Shown here: positions 9,250 through 19,447 of the stretch, one piece after another | How the letters are laid out: every line of letters starts with the position of its first letter | Numbering within the stretch: the stretch's first letter is position 1 | DNA from: Candidatus Latescibacterota bacterium | GTDB taxonomy: Bacteria; Latescibacterota; UBA2968; GCA-2709665 | Length of the DNA stretch: 64,000 nucleotides | Direction: 5' to 3' | Assembly (NCBI GenBank): GCA_965222075.1 | Contig: OZ244937.1 | Coordinates: 1,024,001-1,088,000 of the forward strand | Translations under genes and position numbers: made by a program | The notes under the pieces: generated by a model | The model's database searches: none | Seen by the model: only the letters and a program-made list of their open reading frames with translations | Told to the model about the DNA's origin: nothing

Positions 9250-9281
9250 GGCCCAGGGACAGCGGGCGCTGTCCCTGGGCC
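9250..9281. terminator. Perfect GC-rich inverted repeat (candidate terminator or REP-like hairpin)
   Basis: GGCCCAGGGACAGCG-GG-CGCTGTCCCTGGGCC downstream of the 9330..10160 gene; no U-tract. Confidence 0.5.
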
Positions 9282-9329
9282 AGTTCATGAGGAGGGTGTG
9301 AACAGCCCTCATTTTCTTGAGACCTGAGG

Positions 9330-10160
9330 TTATTCGACCACCACCAGCACCGCCTCTCCCCGCAGGATTTCGTTGACAATGATGACGTGGGTGATGCCCT
9401 CGCTCACTCCCAACATATAGTCCTGTCCCTTTTTCAGCTTGCCCGAACGGCCGATCAACTCCTTCAGTTTCTGACCCGGATTCAGGGGCAGTGGCTCGCC
9501 GATGGTGAGGATTTTGACCTTGTAATCGTCGTGTCCAGGTTTCTGGACCAGTTTGTACCCTTTGCGGAAGAAGCGGCGGCCCGTCTCCAGGAATCCATCC
9601 TCCTTGAGACGATTCTCCGTGCCCACCACCACGCGCACCGCGGTTTTCGCCTGGTCGAGTTCCGCTTTCGTTCTTTCGATATTCTTATTGGCCTCGTTCA
9701 ACTCCTGCGACAACTGCAGGGTGAGGTCTCTCTGTTCGCGCAGGGCGGCGGTGAGGCTGTCCGACTCGATGATGAGCCGGTCGATTTTCGTTGTGTCGGC
9801 CTCCTTCTCCTCCTGCAGCAGGCTGATCGCCTTCTCCAACTTCACGTTCAGAAGCCGGCGTTTCTCGGCTATAGCGCGGTATTTCTTCACCTCTTTCTGG
9901 AGTTGCTGATTTTTCTTTTGCAAGAGCATCTCGAACTTGGTGAGGCTGTCGAGTTGAGCCTTCAGCGTGACGAGTTGGGCCTGGGAACTGCCCGCCTCGT
10001 ATTCGAGCGATTCGATGCGGGCACTGCTCTCCTCTATCTTTGCGGTGAATTCCCGTTTCTGCTTCTCCAACTCGCTTTCTCCGCAGGCGGTCAGGCCAAC
10101 AAAGAGGAGCAGGGATAGGGAAAAACCGGAAAAAACCGTCTTCATCTGACCATCTCCCAT
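9330..10160 (-). CDS. Coiled-coil lipoprotein, function unknown
   Basis: Lipobox VGLTAC; long heptad-rich helix; globular C-terminus. Confidence 0.8.
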   Translation of the reverse strand: MGDGQMKTVFSGFSLSLLLFVGLTACGESELEKQKREFTAKIEESSARIESLEYEAGSSQAQLVTLKAQLDSLTKFEMLLQKKNQQLQKEVKKYRAIAEKRRLLNVKLEKAISLLQEEKEADTTKIDRLIIESDSLTAALREQRDLTLQLSQELNEANKNIERTKAELDQAKTAVRVVVGTENRLKEDGFLETGRRFFRKGYKLVQKPGHDDYKVKILTIGEPLPLNPGQKLKELIGRSGKLKKGQDYMLGVSEGITHVIIVNEILRGEAVLVVVE

Positions 10161-10241
10161 GTTAGGGGTTGAAGTTCAGGTTCCGCAATACAACACAATG
10201 GGAACCGTTGTATCTTGAAAGACGTCAAAACGCACAGGTCG

Positions 10242-12437
10242 TCAGTTTGACGAAGTTTTTTTGCCTGCCTGTGCCGTGCCCGTCACGGCAGACAGGCCGA
10301 AGTTGTTGGCAAAGATCACAAAATCGCCAAACCCGATGGTGCCGTCCCCATCCAGATCGTACCGCGCATCATACCCCGCATCGTCCTGGCTTAACCCGAA
10401 CCGTGCTGCAAAGATCACAAAATCGCCAAAGCCAACGGTCCCGTCGCCGTCGAAGTCCGGATCAGGGGTTTGAGGGGTGATAAACGGCGACACGTCCCAC
10501 AACAAAATCGTGCCATCCTTTGAGCCGGATGCCAGTGTCGCCTCGTCGGGCGAAAACGCCACGGACCAGATCACATCCCGATGCCCGAACGCAGCCATCC
10601 GTTCGTGCGTCACCACGTCCCACAACCGCACCGTGCTCCCCATGCCCTCCGCTTTCTCTATTGTCGCGACAGCAAGCAGCAACCCATCCCGGGAAAACGC
10701 TACGGAAGTGATGTCCCGCTGACTCTTGCCAACGATCGCGATCGGTTCTCGCGTCGCCATCTCCCACAGCAACGCCGTGCCGTCACTTGACCCGGAGGCG
10801 AGCAGCTTCCCATCAGGCGAAATCGCCACGGATTGAACAAAATCCGTATGCTCTTCCAGGGTGGCGATATTTTCTCGCGTCGCCACATCCCACAACTTGA
10901 CTGTACCGTCCTCAGACCCGGAAGCCAGGGTGGCTCCGTCGAGCGAAAATGCTACCGAATTGACCCCACCAGTATGCCCTTCCAAGGTGGCGATACTCTC
11001 TCGCGTCGTTACATCCCACAGCTTGACCACGCCCACTGACCCTCCGGTAGCCAGGGTGGTGCCGTCGGGAGACAATACCATCGAATGAAGGAACCTACTC
11101 GGCTCTTCCAGGGTGGTGATGTCCTCTCGCGTCGCCACGTCCCACAACTTGACCGACCGCCTTGACGCGATGGCAAGCACCTTCCCATCCCGTGCAAACG
11201 ACACCGAATGGGACGGGCCCGCAGGGTGGGCGATCTCTTTCCGTGTCTCTACGTCCCACAGGATCACGCCGTCCCAGCCGGCAGAGGCGAGCGTGGTACT
11301 GTCGGGCGAGAACGTCACTGAACTGACGAAATCCGTATGTCCTTCAAGGGTAGCGATACGGTATGGCGAGATTTCCTCAAGCACAAAAGACGTAGAGCCC
11401 AGATTGCCATCCGCATCCACGGCCAGGATAGAAATCGGATGCCGTACAGGATCGGAAAGGCTCGTCCGGTAGAGGAAAAAAGAATAGTGGTCATCTCGGT
11501 CGGTAGACGGAATCACACCGTCATACTGGAACTCCACGACGGGGTCTTTGTCGCCCGCCATGCTACGACATGCCTTCACTTCCAAACCTTGAGGGCCATC
11601 AACCAAGAGAAAGACTTGGTGTAGCCCCGCCGAGGCGCTGATATTGAGTCGGACGGCGACGCTCAGTGATTCTGCCGGATAGGTACGTGGCGACAGGAGG
11701 TCAAGAGTGGGCGGCGGCCCCTCTCCGGTAGGGGTATCGGGATTGAAGTAGGGATGTACCGCCAGAAACTCGGCGTGGCAGGCCGATAATTGATACCTTC
11801 CCGGGCCATACGACATGAGGTAGGCACCGTCGCTGAAGTCGTGCCTCAAGCCGAAGGCGTGACCCAGTTCATGGGCCACCAGCCTAAACGATAAAGCTTC
11901 GTCTTCAACAAACACAAATCCGCCGTTTTTCCCTTGTCTGACTCCGAACGCGGCATGGTAGTTTATCGCAGCGCCGATGAGATAGACGTTCGCATCAAGG
12001 TCAAACGCCTGTCCAAGTTCGTCAATCACACGACTTGGATTTTCATTATGACCGTCCACGCGATGCACCAGCGGCTCGCCCTGCGCATCGGTTTCAAACT
12101 GAAAGGTCCTGTCCCCGTAGCCATTCGCTTGCATCTGCTCGGCATAGAAAGTCTGAACCCGGCGCATTACGACCTTCATCGAATCCACCATTTCTTGTCG
12201 AAATGGGCGATCACTCGGCAGGAAGTAGATCATCCGCACCGTGCGGGGTTCACCCGCGTTCAGATCCCCCAGCGGCTTGGCCGCAGGGCGGGGATGGTCC
12301 CGCCGCCACTGCTCGTGGTCGAAGGCGCAAAAGTGCACACTGTCGGCCGGCGGGGACGAAGCAGCACTGACGGCCATCGGCGAGAGGACGAGGCCGATTA
12401 ACGCGAGAAAAGCGGAATGCAGAACGGACTTTTTCAT
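10242..12437 (-). CDS. Secreted metzincin-like metalloprotease + WD40 beta-propeller + dockerin/EF-hand-like domain
   Basis: Signal peptide; HELGHAFGLRH (HExxHxxGxxH) with YLMSYG Met-turn; repeated GH..V.SVAFSPDG..LASG..D..V.LWDV; DFDGDGTVGFGDF-like loop x2. Confidence 0.9.
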   Translation of the reverse strand: MKKSVLHSAFLALIGLVLSPMAVSAASSPPADSVHFCAFDHEQWRRDHPRPAAKPLGDLNAGEPRTVRMIYFLPSDRPFRQEMVDSMKVVMRRVQTFYAEQMQANGYGDRTFQFETDAQGEPLVHRVDGHNENPSRVIDELGQAFDLDANVYLIGAAINYHAAFGVRQGKNGGFVFVEDEALSFRLVAHELGHAFGLRHDFSDGAYLMSYGPGRYQLSACHAEFLAVHPYFNPDTPTGEGPPPTLDLLSPRTYPAESLSVAVRLNISASAGLHQVFLLVDGPQGLEVKACRSMAGDKDPVVEFQYDGVIPSTDRDDHYSFFLYRTSLSDPVRHPISILAVDADGNLGSTSFVLEEISPYRIATLEGHTDFVSSVTFSPDSTTLASAGWDGVILWDVETRKEIAHPAGPSHSVSFARDGKVLAIASRRSVKLWDVATREDITTLEEPSRFLHSMVLSPDGTTLATGGSVGVVKLWDVTTRESIATLEGHTGGVNSVAFSLDGATLASGSEDGTVKLWDVATRENIATLEEHTDFVQSVAISPDGKLLASGSSDGTALLWEMATREPIAIVGKSQRDITSVAFSRDGLLLAVATIEKAEGMGSTVRLWDVVTHERMAAFGHRDVIWSVAFSPDEATLASGSKDGTILLWDVSPFITPQTPDPDFDGDGTVGFGDFVIFAARFGLSQDDAGYDARYDLDGDGTIGFGDFVIFANNFGLSAVTGTAQAGKKTSSN
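10264..10296. mobile_element. 33-bp CCTG..CAGG palindromic element inserted in-frame
   Basis: cctgcctgtgccgtgcccgtcacggcagacagg adds LSAVTGTAQAG between FG and KK of the dockerin-like tail. Confidence 0.6.
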
Positions 12438-12457
12438 AGCACGCGTCTGGCGGCCAA

Positions 12458-12919
12458 TTATAGATCCTGAAGATGTGTGAAGTTAACTGCGGCGGATGAA
12501 TCTTTTGCCAGAGCTGCGCGATAAAGATCAAAATCGACAGTGATCAACGGCCTTTCAGCCGTGACAACCTCCAGGAGCACCGCGTCGGCCAGCCCAAGCC
12601 GTCTGAACTCACTGTTGCGCGAAGCGTCCGTACTTGCAACGACGATCTCCTCGCTTTCCTGAATGATGAACCGGAGCCTGTCGAAGAAGCGGGAACGCTC
12701 CGGATCCGCATGTTGAGCGAGCAGATTGGATGTTTCGGTCAGCGTGTTCGGCGTTACGAACACCCGGGCAACCCTGGCAAGCAGTTTGAGCAAACGCTCG
12801 TAATCTTCCGCGGCAAATCTTTGCAGCCGACGATGCTTGAGGATCAGATCTCGATCTACACTGCCCACCACGAGCAGCACGAGAAGATTCGCGTCAATGA
12901 AGAACCCGGCCGGGGTCAT
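12458..12919 (-). CDS. PIN-domain protein (putative toxin)
   Basis: FFIDANLL, TPNTLTETSNL, GLADA and LITVDFDL acidic PIN motifs. Confidence 0.85.
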   Translation of the reverse strand: MTPAGFFIDANLLVLLVVGSVDRDLILKHRRLQRFAAEDYERLLKLLARVARVFVTPNTLTETSNLLAQHADPERSRFFDRLRFIIQESEEIVVASTDASRNSEFRRLGLADAVLLEVVTAERPLITVDFDLYRAALAKDSSAAVNFTHLQDL

Positions 12920-12923
12920 CGGC

Positions 12924-13205
12924 TTATTCCGAAGCCGTCAGGACGCGATCCTTGACAGATACGACACGACCGTCATGGTCATGGATGCGAACGACCTTAT
13001 AGGAGCGTGCTGGAGATCCCTCACCAAACGTAGCGCTGATAACGTTTTTATGGTCCCACGGCCGAGAGAAGCCGATGGTTATTTTCCAATCATTTGACAT
13101 GGCGTCAAAGTCAATCTCCTCAAGGCCGACATTCGTGATCTCTTCACCGGCGAAGAGTTCGGTAAGGTATTCTTTCGCCTTCTGCGCGGCTTCTTTTACG
13201 TCCAT
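12924..13205 (-). CDS. Small hypothetical protein upstream of PIN (putative antitoxin)
   Basis: 93-aa ORF with RBS GGAGG, ending 4 bp before the PIN gene. Confidence 0.75.
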   Translation of the reverse strand: MDVKEAAQKAKEYLTELFAGEEITNVGLEEIDFDAMSNDWKITIGFSRPWDHKNVISATFGEGSPARSYKVVRIHDHDGRVVSVKDRVLTASE

Positions 13206-13297
13206 TCGGGCCTCCGTTCTATTCTCCCATGTTGGATAATTTTCTTTTTACCATGTCTGAGTGTGCCCGCACAGCCCTCTGCGTCTCTGCGGTGAAT

Positions 13298-14170
13298 CTA
13301 TACTGCCAGTGCACGCTGGACGGTTTCGCCGATGTCGGCGGGGCTGTTGCAGACGTGGATGCCGGCTTTTTCCAGGGCGGCTATTTTTTCGGCGGCGGTG
13401 CCGTGTCCGCCTGAGATGATGGCGCCGGCATGGCCCATGCGCCGGCCCGGCGGGGCGGTCTGGCCGGCGATGAAGCCGATTACGGGTCTGTCGAAGGCGC
13501 GGCGGACGTAGGCGGCAGCGTCCTCTTCATCCGAGCCTCCGATCTCGCCGATCATGACCACGGCAGCGGTGTCGGGATCTTTTTTGAAGAGCTTCAGGCA
13601 GTCGATAAAATTGGTGCCGATGACCGGATCGCCGCCGATGCCTACGCAGGTGGACTGTCCGAGACCGGCAGAGGTGAGCTGAGAGACGGCCTCGTAGGTG
13701 AGGGTGCCGCTGCGGGAGATGACGCCGATACGCCCCTCTCTGTGGATGTCGCCGGGCATGATGCCGATTTTGCATCTGCCGGGGGAGATCACACCGGGGC
13801 AGTTGGGACCGACCAGGCGCGTTTTGTGCGAGGAGAGGTAGTTTTTCACACGGACCATGTCGAGGATCGGGATGCCCTCGGTGATGCAGACGGCGAGGTC
13901 GACGCCCGCATCGGTGGCTTCCATAATGGCGTCGGCGGCAAAGGGGGCGGGAACGAAGATGACCGATGCATTGGCGCCGGTCCTCTCCACGGCCTCTGAG
14001 GCCGTATTGAAGACAGGAACGCCTTCAAAGTCCTGGCCGCCTTTGCCGGGTGTGACGCCGGCGACGACCTGCGTGCCGTATTCCAGCATCTGCCGGGTAT
14101 GAAAAGATCCCTCGCCTCCGGTGATGCCCTGGACCATGAGGCGGGTTTCACTATCGATGAGAATGCTCAC
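13298..14170 (-). CDS. sucD: Succinyl-CoA synthetase alpha subunit
   Basis: [36 protein letters not shown]; GTG at 14170 overlaps the rpiA stop and has RBS GGAGG. Confidence 0.97.
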   Translation of the reverse strand: MSILIDSETRLMVQGITGGEGSFHTRQMLEYGTQVVAGVTPGKGGQDFEGVPVFNTASEAVERTGANASVIFVPAPFAADAIMEATDAGVDLAVCITEGIPILDMVRVKNYLSSHKTRLVGPNCPGVISPGRCKIGIMPGDIHREGRIGVISRSGTLTYEAVSQLTSAGLGQSTCVGIGGDPVIGTNFIDCLKLFKKDPDTAAVVMIGEIGGSDEEDAAAYVRRAFDRPVIGFIAGQTAPPGRRMGHAGAIISGGHGTAAEKIAALEKAGIHVCNSPADIGETVQRALAV

Positions 14171-14880
14171 GCGTCCTCCCATTGCGGATTGCAGATGAGG
14201 GGTTGAGGCTCGGTCCGCTCTTCGCAGGTGCCGTCGGCCTTTCCGATGATGATCCGGTGCGCCAGGCCGGTGAAGAGACCGCACTCGACGACGCCGCAAA
14301 TGGCGGTGATTTGGGCTTCCAGCGCCGGGGGATCGTCGATGCGGCCGAAGGCGCAGTCCAGGATGTGATTGCCGTTGTCTGTCAGAAAGGGGGCGTCTTC
14401 CTGCATGCGGAGCAAGGCCCGGCAGCCGAGGTCTTCGAGGCGCCCCCGGGCGATCTGCCAGCCGAAAGGGGTGACTTCGACGGGCAGGGGGAAGGCCCCG
14501 AGGCGGTCTTTGAGTTTGGTTTCGTCGACCACGATGATCTCTGTTTGGCTGGCGGAAGCGACGATTTTTTCCCGAAGAAGAGCGCCGCCCCCTCCTTTTG
14601 TGAGATTAAACGCGGGGTCTACCTCGTCGGCGCCGTCGATGGTGAGGTCAATGCGGGTGATTTCAGAGAAGTCGATCAGCGGGATGCCCTCATCCCGGGC
14701 CTGAGCGTGGGACTGTTCGGAAGTGGGGATACCCCGGATGTTGAGGCCCTGCCTGACGCGTTCTCCCAGTTTTCGGATGGCAAAGGTGGCGGTTGAGCCG
14801 GTGCCGAGGCCGACCACCATGCCGTCTTCCACGTTGTCCGAGGCGCGCTCTCCGGCGACCTGTTTGGGATTTGGAGGCAT
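14167..14880 (-). CDS. rpiA: Ribose-5-phosphate isomerase A
   Basis: [33 protein letters not shown]. Confidence 0.97.
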   Translation of the reverse strand: MPPNPKQVAGERASDNVEDGMVVGLGTGSTATFAIRKLGERVRQGLNIRGIPTSEQSHAQARDEGIPLIDFSEITRIDLTIDGADEVDPAFNLTKGGGGALLREKIVASASQTEIIVVDETKLKDRLGAFPLPVEVTPFGWQIARGRLEDLGCRALLRMQEDAPFLTDNGNHILDCAFGRIDDPPALEAQITAICGVVECGLFTGLAHRIIIGKADGTCEERTEPQPLICNPQWEDA

Positions 14881-15125
14881 ACAGGGCTTCCTCTGTAAGA
14901 CCGATTTCTCCACTCACTTTTCGCACGCGGGAAGATACATACTACCCTCTGATTTGGCAATTACTTTAACAGGGACGGTCGGTGAGGACTGAGACGATCG
15001 ACGTTTGGCTTATGAATGTCTCGGCAAGCCAGGCGCGCCAACCCGCAGGCGTGAAATTGTGGAGAATTTTAGATATATTGTGTGATGATACGGTTTGTGG
15101 CACAGATTTTTTTTGAAGGGGGTAT

Positions 15126-15971
15126 GTGGTGGCCTATTCTACGCTGGAAGACTTTTTTGGGGATATTGTGGGCAAGGCCCGGCAGGGGCAGGGGATCTCG
15201 GAAGCGGACCTGGCCCGGGCCGCGGGGCTTACGCCGGGTGAGATCGGGCAGATCGAATCTTATGCGTTAACGCCGGACGATGAGCGCATCCACGCCCTGG
15301 CAAAGGCGCTGAACCTGAATGGGGAGAAGCTGGTGGGGGTTGCCCGGGGCTGGGTGCCGGTGCATTCCAATGAGTCGTTTGAGAGTGCGGAACTGGCCGT
15401 GGATCGGGCGATTCTGAACGTCGGGATGGAGGTCAACTGCTACGGGCTTAAGTGTAAGCGCACCGGTGAGGGCGCGTTGATTGACGCGGGAGGACAGGCC
15501 CGGCGTATTCTGGACATGGTGGACCGCATGCAGGTCCGGGTGACCCATATTCTGCTGACACACGGCCACGGAGACCACGTGGGCGCACTGCGAGAGATGA
15601 AAGAGGCAACGGGGGGACGGGTTTGTTGCTGCGAGCGGGATTTTTCGCTGTTGGGGGGGCTGAAGCCGCTGATTGAGGAGGTAGTTGAAGAGGGATGGGA
15701 AACAGAGGTGGGGGCTTTGAAAATAGAGGCCGTGAGCTTGCCGGGACATACGTCCGGCGGGATCGGGTATGGCACGGACGGTGTCTTTTTTTCAGGGGAT
15801 GCGCTCTTTGCGGGGTCCTTAGGGGGGGCCCGGGGTGCGGCCTATACCGGACAGATCGAAGCGGTGCGGCGCAAGGTGCTGTGTCGGGATGAGAAGATCC
15901 GGATCTTTCCCGGGCACGGGCCTATTACAACCGTAGAAGAAGAGCGGGCACACAATCCGTTTTTTGCGTAG
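15126..15971 (+). CDS. XRE-type HTH + MBL-fold metallo-hydrolase (glyoxalase II-like)
   Basis: N-terminal HTH (SEADLARAAGLT..IGQIE); THGHGDHVG, PGHT, SGDALF, PGHG. Confidence 0.9.
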   Translation: MVAYSTLEDFFGDIVGKARQGQGISEADLARAAGLTPGEIGQIESYALTPDDERIHALAKALNLNGEKLVGVARGWVPVHSNESFESAELAVDRAILNVGMEVNCYGLKCKRTGEGALIDAGGQARRILDMVDRMQVRVTHILLTHGHGDHVGALREMKEATGGRVCCCERDFSLLGGLKPLIEEVVEEGWETEVGALKIEAVSLPGHTSGGIGYGTDGVFFSGDALFAGSLGGARGAAYTGQIEAVRRKVLCRDEKIRIFPGHGPITTVEEERAHNPFFA

Positions 15972-15988
15972 AGGAAAGGAGTTAGACC

Positions 15989-18900
15989 ATGGCCGTGTGG
16001 CGTTGTCTTTTGAGTGCAGCAGCGTTTGTCATGCTCGCTGGGTGGGTTGCGGGCGTCTCTGCGCAGGAGTATTTCGGAAAGAACAAGGTGACCTACGACG
16101 ACTATGACTGGCACTATATCGAGACGGAGCATTTTACGATCTACTTCGATAGGGAGTCGCTGCCGGTGGCGGAGTTTGCGGCCAAGGAGGCGGAGCGTGC
16201 GCTGGCGCAGATCGAGAAGGATCTGAAGTATACGCTTAAGGGGCGCTATCCGTTTGTGGTTTACAATTCCCACAATGGTTTTTCGGTGACGAATATCTCG
16301 CCCCAGGAGATACCCGATGGTGTTGGTGGTTTTACGGAGTTTGCTCAGGGTCGGATTGTGATACCCTATACGGGTTCGTATGCGGATTTTCGGCATGTGA
16401 TTCACCACGAGCTGGTGCACGAGGTCACGGTGGAGATGTGGACGGGAGGGGGTCTTTTGGGTGGTGTGGTGGCACAGACGGCGTCGATTCCGCCCCTGTG
16501 GGTGGTGGAGGGTGTGGCGGAGTATCTTTCGCGTGGTGGGTGGGACATAGGTGCGGACAATTTTATGCGTGATGCGACGATAACGGGTTATGCGCCACCG
16601 ATTGAGTTGTTGGGTGGTCTGTTCGCGTATAAGGGTGGTCAGTCTGTGATGTATATGATCGAGCAGACGTATGGTAAGGAGAAGGTGGCGGAGTTTATTT
16701 CCAATTTTCGTTCAGCGCGTTCTGTGGACAAGGCCCTCAAGTCGTCGGTTGGCATAGGTCTGGAGGAGTTGGACGAGAAGTGGCAGTTGTGGTTGAAGCG
16801 TCAGTTTTGGAATGACATCAATCTGTATCAGCACCCCGAGGAGGTGGGCAAGAACCTGACCAAGCCGGCAGAGCAGCGGACGTATTTTGGTTATAATCTG
16901 GCTCCGAGTTTTTCTCCTCAGCGGGACAAGATCGCCTACCAGACGCTCAGCAGTCAGGGGACGTTTAACCTGCGCTTGATGTCAGCGATTGACGGCAAGG
17001 ACTTAGGCAGGCTTGTGGAGGGAGAGCGGTCCTCGGATTTCGAGTCGATGTTTTTGCTTCGTCCGGGTGTTACGTGGTCTCCCGATGGGAAGCAGATTGC
17101 CTTTGCTGCGAAGTCGAACAACAAGAATACGCTTTACATTCTGGAGGTTCGCAGGAAGAAGGTGAGGAAGCGTTTCAAGTTCGACCTTGACGGTTTGTTC
17201 GAGCCGGCGTGGTCTCCGGATGGGAAGCGTATTGCTGTTGTGGGTTTGAAGCATGGGTGGTCGGATATTTACATTGTGAACCTGGATGACGAGTCGTTGG
17301 AGCGTATCACGAACGATCCGTATGATGAGAAGCAGCTGGACTGGTCTCCGGATGGGGCGTGGATAGCGATGAGTTCGGATCGTCCCGATACGGCATTGGC
17401 GTTTGACGGTCAGAAGGATTTTCCGTTTGGTCAGTATGATATATTTGTGGTTCGTCCGGATGGTTCTGAGATTCGTCGTGTGGTTGCCCACGAGGCGGGT
17501 GAGGTTCATCCCTCGTGGGGTGGTGACAGCGAGACGCTGGCTTTTGTGTCGGACCGTACGGGTGTGGGTAATATCTACATTGCGCATTTAGACAGTGGTG
17601 TGGTGTATCCGGTGACGAATCTTCTTGCGGGTGGTCAGGGTGTGGACTGGCATTATATGGACTGGTCAGCGGATGGTAAGAAGATGGCGTTTACGTCTTT
17701 GCACAAGGCTGGTTACGATATTTTTGTGATGAGTGATCCGCTTTCGAAGCGGAAGCGGGCTGAGGATTTGCCACTGACGCGTTTTGCCAAGCGGGAGCAG
17801 GGTATAGAGGATAAGACGTTTGTAGAGCGTCAGCAGGAGCGTCAGAAGCAGGCGCAGGCGTCGCAGGGGGAAGGTGAGGGAGAGTCGATTGAGTTGGCTG
17901 TGGCGCCTGAGGACACCGGCGTGGTGGATCGGAAGGTCGAGAAGTGGGTGTCCGATCAGATGTCGCTGGCCACAGAAGAGGCAAAGTCGGAGGCTGGCGA
18001 AGCTGTGGAGGCGCCCTCCGACAGCAGCGCCGTGGAGGCACCCTCCGACAGCAGCGCTGGGGATGGAGAGGGTCTGGGCGCGGCGCTTGAGGGTTGGAAC
18101 AAGGAGTTCAAGATCAACAAGTATAAGATCAAGCTGAAGCCTGAGTTTTTCGGTGCCAACGCGGGTTTTGATACGTTTTACGGTGTGAGCAGCCTGGTGC
18201 AGTTGTCGATGAGCGATGTGTTGGGCGACCACCGTCTGGTGCTGTTGACGAGTGTGAATTTTTCATTGAAGGACAGCGATTTTTTCCTGACGTATGCGAA
18301 TTTGAAGCGGCAGACGAACTTCGCGGTTCAGGCGTTTCATACGCGTTTGTTCTTTTTCAGCGGGGGGGTGTTGAACGCCGACCGGTATTATGGAGGGGCA
18401 GCGGGTCTTGAGCGTCCGTTTAACCGGTTCACGCGTTTTGAGCTGGGCACGCGTTTTATTACCATCTCGCGCGACCGTCTGAACTCGTTCGCCAATCCCT
18501 TTGTGCGTGGGGGCTTCACGGGGGGGACGGTGCGTGGCCAGCCAGGTGAACACGTGGACACGCGTCGTGCGGTGATTTCCGAGGCTGCGCTTGTTGATGA
18601 CAATACGATGAACAGCCTGTTTGGTCCTGTGCACGGGCGTCGGTTGCGGCTCTCGTTTGAGGGGAGCTTTTCAGGGATGAAATACAGGACAGTACAGTTG
18701 GATTATCGCAAATATGTGCGTGTGCTGGACGACTATACCTTTGGGTTGCGGCTTGCGGGGGGCACCAGCTTTGGGCAAAACAGACACGTCTTCTTCGTGG
18801 GGGGTGTCAACAACCCGATCAACCCGAGGTTCTCCACCATCGCCTCTGTTGACGACAGCCGCATTTTCTTCTCCCGTTTCATCTGGCCCCTGCGTGGGGT

Positions 18901-19249
18901 TGAGCTGTTTGAGATGGCGGGCGACTCTTTTGCGCTGGCCAATGTGGCGTTCCGTTTCCCTCTGCTTCGACAGTTGACCCTGGGCTGGCCGCTGCCCCTG
19001 TTTTTCCAGAATGTGCAGGGCGAACTGTTCCTGGATGTGGGCGGGGCGTTTGACCGGGACAATTTCGACCCCTGGGAGGCACAAAGCGGGGGGTTTGAAC
19101 TGCGCGATCTCGAGGCGGGCTACGGGCTGGGTGTTCGGGTCAATATGGGTATTTTCCTCTTCCGCTACGACCTGGCCTGGCCTACCGACTTTGCCCAGAC
19201 CTACCATCCCTTGCAGTACTTCTCAATCGATTTTACCGGGATCTTCTAA
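15989..19249 (+). CDS. Peptidase MA-like + PD40/TolB-like propeller + Omp85/BamA-type barrel protein
   Basis: Signal peptide; HHELVHE..EGVAEY; WSPDG repeats; C-terminal beta-strands ending in F; short duplicated AVEAPSDSS repeat. Confidence 0.88.
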   Translation: MAVWRCLLSAAAFVMLAGWVAGVSAQEYFGKNKVTYDDYDWHYIETEHFTIYFDRESLPVAEFAAKEAERALAQIEKDLKYTLKGRYPFVVYNSHNGFSVTNISPQEIPDGVGGFTEFAQGRIVIPYTGSYADFRHVIHHELVHEVTVEMWTGGGLLGGVVAQTASIPPLWVVEGVAEYLSRGGWDIGADNFMRDATITGYAPPIELLGGLFAYKGGQSVMYMIEQTYGKEKVAEFISNFRSARSVDKALKSSVGIGLEELDEKWQLWLKRQFWNDINLYQHPEEVGKNLTKPAEQRTYFGYNLAPSFSPQRDKIAYQTLSSQGTFNLRLMSAIDGKDLGRLVEGERSSDFESMFLLRPGVTWSPDGKQIAFAAKSNNKNTLYILEVRRKKVRKRFKFDLDGLFEPAWSPDGKRIAVVGLKHGWSDIYIVNLDDESLERITNDPYDEKQLDWSPDGAWIAMSSDRPDTALAFDGQKDFPFGQYDIFVVRPDGSEIRRVVAHEAGEVHPSWGGDSETLAFVSDRTGVGNIYIAHLDSGVVYPVTNLLAGGQGVDWHYMDWSADGKKMAFTSLHKAGYDIFVMSDPLSKRKRAEDLPLTRFAKREQGIEDKTFVERQQERQKQAQASQGEGEGESIELAVAPEDTGVVDRKVEKWVSDQMSLATEEAKSEAGEAVEAPSDSSAVEAPSDSSAGDGEGLGAALEGWNKEFKINKYKIKLKPEFFGANAGFDTFYGVSSLVQLSMSDVLGDHRLVLLTSVNFSLKDSDFFLTYANLKRQTNFAVQAFHTRLFFFSGGVLNADRYYGGAAGLERPFNRFTRFELGTRFITISRDRLNSFANPFVRGGFTGGTVRGQPGEHVDTRRAVISEAALVDDNTMNSLFGPVHGRRLRLSFEGSFSGMKYRTVQLDYRKYVRVLDDYTFGLRLAGGTSFGQNRHVFFVGGVNNPINPRFSTIASVDDSRIFFSRFIWPLRGVELFEMAGDSFALANVAFRFPLLRQLTLGWPLPLFFQNVQGELFLDVGGAFDRDNFDPWEAQSGGFELRDLEAGYGLGVRVNMGIFLFRYDLAWPTDFAQTYHPLQYFSIDFTGIF

Positions 19250-19316
19250 CCCGTCCCTGCGCCAACAGGTATAGGACCTGTCCCTATTGTGTGAGTGGGA
19301 GATCCACTTCTGGATG

Positions 19317-19342
19317 AGGCCTCCCCGGGAAGGGGGAGGCCT
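19317..19342 (+). terminator. Hairpin downstream of the BamA-like gene
   Basis: AGGCCTCCCC-GGGAAG-GGGGAGGCCT followed by a T-rich tract. Confidence 0.55.
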
Positions 19343-19447
19343 GCTGGTTTTGTCAGATTGTGGCAGGGCTTTCGGGGATTGTCTTTCTGGTGGGTCTGGG
19401 CCTCCTGATCTTTCACGCAGGGAGACCCTGAGTCTCCTTGGAGGAGG

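Noticed and set aside
13298-14170. sucD without an adjacent sucC
   Set aside because: Split sucC/sucD is common in FCB-group bacteria.
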